DNA of 28,038 nt from a virus (lineage: Duplodnaviria; Caudoviricetes). The translations under genes and the position numbers were made by a program. The stretch is from IMG/VR virus record IMGVR_UViG_3300020562_000018, positions 1 through 28,038 of that record. One strand, given 5' to 3'. Positions 24,638-28,038 of the stretch are shown here, one piece after another (within the stretch, counting starts at the first letter, position 1; the number at the start of each line of letters is the position of its first letter). Under the pieces are notes generated by a model. It ran no database searches, was not told the DNA's origin, and worked only from the letters and a program-made list of their open reading frames with translations.

Positions 24638-25069
24638 TTAAGGAGTAACATCAACAATTCCGGTAGAAGTAACAGTACCAGAAAAATTGATAAATTCAGT
24701 AGTTGATTGATTGAGAGTAAGTGAAGTTATGTAGCCAAGGAACTGATGATAGTATGCAGCACCTACACTTGCACCAGTAACAACTGGGTTTTGTACTCTT
24801 ACTGCTACAAGTGTTTTTGAAGCCATAGCAACGAGCAAATCTTCATAAGATACTTGAGCAACTGTTGGTGAAACCTCACAAATTGCATCAAAGTCAAGAC
24901 CCATTGTTGCATCAGCAACTGATGTCAAAGGCCCACAATTTGTTTGCTCTGTTGTTGAGTCAACAGTTGTATTAACTGAAGCCGTACGCAGACACACGAG
25001 ATTCTTATAAGATGAGCCACCAGCTACATCAATCTCTATGTTTTGCAATGATCCTAAAATCTGTCCCAT
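24638..25069 (-). CDS. major tail (tube) protein
   Basis: 143 aa, T/S/V-rich with FLGYITSLTL...FSGTVTSTG. Synteny supports the call. Confidence 0.8.
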   Translation of the reverse strand: MGQILGSLQNIEIDVAGGSSYKNLVCLRTASVNTTVDSTTEQTNCGPLTSVADATMGLDFDAICEVSPTVAQVSYEDLLVAMASKTLVAVRVQNPVVTGASVGAAYYHQFLGYITSLTLNQSTTEFINFSGTVTSTGIVDVTP

Positions 25070-25075
25070 TTTATT

Positions 25076-25507
25076 TTATTTTTGATTTACTAAATTACTA
25101 ATTGTTATTATCTTTCTCGCTACAAAGTTTTCTCCATCCCTCAAAGGTAAATAACTTGATGAAGTTCTTTGTGTTGGATATACCTCAAAGTTTATATCAC
25201 TAAATCCGTTTACTGATGTATCTGGAATTAGTATGTTTAGTATCTGTGAAGATATATTATCAACAATTGAGTTTTCATAAGTTCTATATTGTTCACTAAA
25301 TATATCAATTGTCACATCAACACTATTACCAAATGAGTTATTTGTGTTACTTGCTGACTCATTAATTGATGAAATTACTATATAGTTTTGAGGTGTAGTT
25401 GTAAAAGGTTGTTGACCATAGACAGGCACATTCTTACCTCCATAAGAAATGTTACCATTTAAGGCACTTATATAAATACTTCTTACATTATTTGAGCAAT
25501 CAAGCAT
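25076..25507 (-). CDS. tail terminator/completion protein
   Basis: Synteny between neck and tail tube. VPVY, YIVI and IDIF pattern. Confidence 0.7.
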   Translation of the reverse strand: MLDCSNNVRSIYISALNGNISYGGKNVPVYGQQPFTTTPQNYIVISSINESASNTNNSFGNSVDVTIDIFSEQYRTYENSIVDNISSQILNILIPDTSVNGFSDINFEVYPTQRTSSSYLPLRDGENFVARKIITISNLVNQK

Positions 25508-25947
25508 TATACTTTCCTTTTTTCATTTATTAAGTTCTCAATACTTTTTGTCAAACTTGGGATATATGCCAAAATGCTTGGCCTCATATATGGTCTTGCC
25601 AACAAATTTACTTGTTTTATTCCTTTTCCCTTATATTTTGATGCAACACCATCCCAAGGCTCTCCATTTGATATAAAGTATTTACCAGTTCCAAATTCAA
25701 CATATGCAGCATAATCAGTTTGAGCAACCAATTCATAAGAAAGAAATTGCTCTTTTTTTAAGCTAATTGAACTCCTTAATCTACCTGTATCAACTGGACA
25801 CATATTTTTTGCACTTGTAGCCATTAATTCACCATGCGCTCCAATTTCCATATCCATCATTGCAGATACCTCGTTGACAGTTTTTTTATACTCATTGAGC
25901 ATATCTTTAAACCTACCATCATTTATATTTACCTTGAACCCACTCAC
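25507..25947 (-). CDS. HK97 gp10-like neck protein
   Basis: AKNMCPVDTGRLRSSI, YAAYVEFGT and ARPYMRP motifs. Confidence 0.9.
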   Translation of the reverse strand: MSGFKVNINDGRFKDMLNEYKKTVNEVSAMMDMEIGAHGELMATSAKNMCPVDTGRLRSSISLKKEQFLSYELVAQTDYAAYVEFGTGKYFISNGEPWDGVASKYKGKGIKQVNLLARPYMRPSILAYIPSLTKSIENLINEKRKV

Positions 25948-26507
25948 TATATCACAACCTTTTTATATTGGTGATAATTTAAACCTTCCCAAGATGGAAA
26001 CTCACTCATTCTATTCTTAACGTCATTATTCATCTTCTTACCCCTATTCTCATAAGACCAAGCTGTCAAAGTAAGTATATCAGTTGCCAAGTCCTCTGGA
26101 ATCGTGCTGAATCCACATTGATACTTTATGACATATACTCCTGCCGTATATATCCAAATTTTACCGCCTATCACCTCAAAGTCACTATTTTTTGTCAATA
26201 CCTCGTAGGTGTTCATTCCCGTCTTAATCTTAACCTCATCAACACAAAGCAATGGCCCATAAGGCACATCAAGAATCCAAAAGCCTTGGCTTTGTGGTGT
26301 AAGTTCAACATTTATCCTTACTGACTTGTTAACCAAAGAACAACCGGTCAGCTTCTCAATATGCACCCTTGCACCATTTAACAAATCACCAATTAGCACA
26401 TCATCGCTATCATAATTAGTTATACGCAACCAATTCTTAGCATCAGTAAGACTAACGGGTTCTACAACCGCGTCAGCTAATATTGTTATGCCGTCTATAT
26501 ATGTCAT
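25947..26507 (-). CDS. head-tail connector (gp6-like adaptor)
   Basis: EPVSLTDAKNWLRI..DD.LI..L...AR..IE..TG and IP.DL...IL......YENRG. Confidence 0.88.
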   Translation of the reverse strand: MTYIDGITILADAVVEPVSLTDAKNWLRITNYDSDDVLIGDLLNGARVHIEKLTGCSLVNKSVRINVELTPQSQGFWILDVPYGPLLCVDEVKIKTGMNTYEVLTKNSDFEVIGGKIWIYTAGVYVIKYQCGFSTIPEDLATDILTLTAWSYENRGKKMNNDVKNRMSEFPSWEGLNYHQYKKVVI

Positions 26508-26509
26508 CT

Positions 26510-27481
26510 TTAATTATATTTATTAACACTTTCTCTGAACCAGGTTTCAAACTCATCAAGCGTTTTTCTTGTGTCAAACTCTCTTGATCTCGCTTTTGCT
26601 TTTCTTGAGGCCCATGAATAGGCTTTTTTGTCATCCAACTTTGTAATAGCTTCAACCCAATCTTTGACATTATTCCTATCTTTAATATAAACACCTGCCT
26701 TGTCACAATTCTCCTTCAACCCAGGTGTATCAGTACAAATTACCGGAATCCCACTACACATCGCCTCTGTTGCTGTCCTTCCCCAACTCTCATACTTTGA
26801 TGGCATGAGAAGTATTCTTGTCTTTGCGTACCATTGCTTAATATTAGGCGAATTAGGCACATAAGTCACATTTGGTAGGTTTGGAGTTATCTGCTCATCG
26901 TATGACCCTAAAACACCTAAAAATGACTTGTGTGGAATTGCTCTTGCAATCTCCCCAAATATCTTACCGCCCTTGTTCTCGTTTAAGTTTATTAAAGTGA
27001 TATATTCAGACTTCTCAGGTTCATTCTCCAAGTCATAGTAATTGTAGTCTACTGGCGGAGTCACTATAAAATTACTAAAATTATAGTTCAAAAGTTCTTT
27101 TAACCACAAAGAATTGTAAATGATGTGCTGTTTTTTCTCCGCATCAATAATCTCTGGGTAGGGATGACTATTGTGAATAAGATGAAAAACAGGCTTTTTG
27201 TAAAGTTTAGCTGCATGAATTGTCCACCTTGTATAGTCTAAATGAGTAAACACAGCGTGACTCCACCTCATTAAGTTCTCAACCACATTTGGGTTTGGAG
27301 GAAATACATCAATTCCATCAAAGACATAATTGTCCCTTATCTTGTACTTATTCGCATCATGTAAAAGAACTCTAACATTGTGACCCTTTGATTGAAGGTC
27401 TTTGAGCATAAAGTGTAGCATCCATTCCGCGCCACAGTTATGCTCTGGAGGGTAAAGATGCGCAGAAGCAACTATATTCAT
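26510..27481 (-). CDS. glycosyltransferase, GT4 (GT-B) family
   Basis: YPP...GAE N-terminus, NKG, and LMPSKYESWGRTATEAMCSGIPVI (EX7E motif). Confidence 0.92.
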   Translation of the reverse strand: MNIVASAHLYPPEHNCGAEWMLHFMLKDLQSKGHNVRVLLHDANKYKIRDNYVFDGIDVFPPNPNVVENLMRWSHAVFTHLDYTRWTIHAAKLYKKPVFHLIHNSHPYPEIIDAEKKQHIIYNSLWLKELLNYNFSNFIVTPPVDYNYYDLENEPEKSEYITLINLNENKGGKIFGEIARAIPHKSFLGVLGSYDEQITPNLPNVTYVPNSPNIKQWYAKTRILLMPSKYESWGRTATEAMCSGIPVICTDTPGLKENCDKAGVYIKDRNNVKDWVEAITKLDDKKAYSWASRKAKARSREFDTRKTLDEFETWFRESVNKYN

Positions 27482-28038
27482 AATTTTAGTATTATATCCG
27501 CACCAACTATTTCACCTTTGTAATGTGGATATTTTATTAGTAAATCAGTATAAAAATTATCACTTATATAGTGATTCTCAAATTTAAGTTCTTTTACCTT
27601 ATACTTATCTAAATCAATCGTATTTAATATCCTCTCATCACATCCCTCTGTATCTATCTGCAAATAATGTATATCTTTTATATCAAACCAATTGCAGTAT
27701 TGGTCAAATGTTATGGAACCAATTCTAATTGTCTCAATTATGCTTTTGGGTAGTTCTTTTAAGTACCTATTTAATGGCTCACCATTCTCAACAAGTGAAC
27801 TGCATCCATCTAAAAATGATGAGTACTTTGAAATCCACTCAGGCTTTACATAAGCCATCTCAACACTATCAACAGTATCTGATATAAAAAAGTTTGATGC
27901 CTTTGCGTTTGATAGTTGCTTTACGTTTTCTTTTAACTTATTAAAGTAGTGTGGTATTGGCTCAATAAAATATGCTTGATAGTCAGTCTCATCTTTAAGT
28001 CTATCAAATATATTGTCATGGCTTATGCCATCCATTGC
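27478..28038 (-). CDS. FkbM-family SAM methyltransferase (5' end probably outside the window)
   Basis: (A)MDG..HD, FIEP and LQIDTEGCD..IL motifs. The frame is open to the window edge. Confidence 0.85.
   Translation of the reverse strand, partial: AMDGISHDNIFDRLKDETDYQAYFIEPIPHYFNKLKENVKQLSNAKASNFFISDTVDSVEMAYVKPEWISKYSSFLDGCSSLVENGEPLNRYLKELPKSIIETIRIGSITFDQYCNWFDIKDIHYLQIDTEGCDERILNTIDLDKYKVKELKFENHYISDNFYTDLLIKYPHYKGEIVGADIILKL

Noticed and set aside
268-26324. Numerous plus-strand ORFs of 60-130 aa in the ORF track
   Set aside because: They are antisense shadows of well-supported minus-strand genes and show no recognisable motifs. Only the 2283-2584 island has its own promoter and terminator.
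26473-26706. 77-aa minus-strand ORF overlapping the glycosyltransferase 3' end
   Set aside because: It is an alternative frame almost wholly inside a confident gene and has no motif support.

Overview
A roughly 28 kb segment of a tailed (siphovirus-like) dsDNA phage genome, almost entirely encoded on the minus strand. The host is probably a Bacteroidota member, judged from TAnnTTTG -7 promoter boxes and A-rich leaders without Shine-Dalgarno sites. In transcription order (right to left) it holds an FkbM methyltransferase and a GT4 glycosyltransferase, head-tail joining genes, tail tube, frameshifted tail chaperones, tape measure, tail tip and tail fibres. Next come a lysis cassette (spanin-like proteins, holin, M15 endolysin) and an early/replication module (XRE HTH, SSB-like protein, PD-(D/E)XK exonuclease, SF2 helicase, C5 DNA methyltransferase, VRR-NUC, primase-helicase, putative iteron origin, DnaA domain IV protein). 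It ends with terminase small and large subunits and the start of the probable portal gene. No integrase or capsid gene lies in the window. The most notable observations are a dif-like XerCD site between the terminase genes, a tRNA-like RNA lacking normal D and anticodon arms, GC-rich repeats bracketing AT-rich modules in the tail fibre, glycan-modifying enzymes inside the virion operon, lysis lipoproteins rich in Bacteroidota O-glycosylation sequons, and a small opposite-strand two-gene island. All product calls come from motif recognition by eye and from synteny; no database searches were run.
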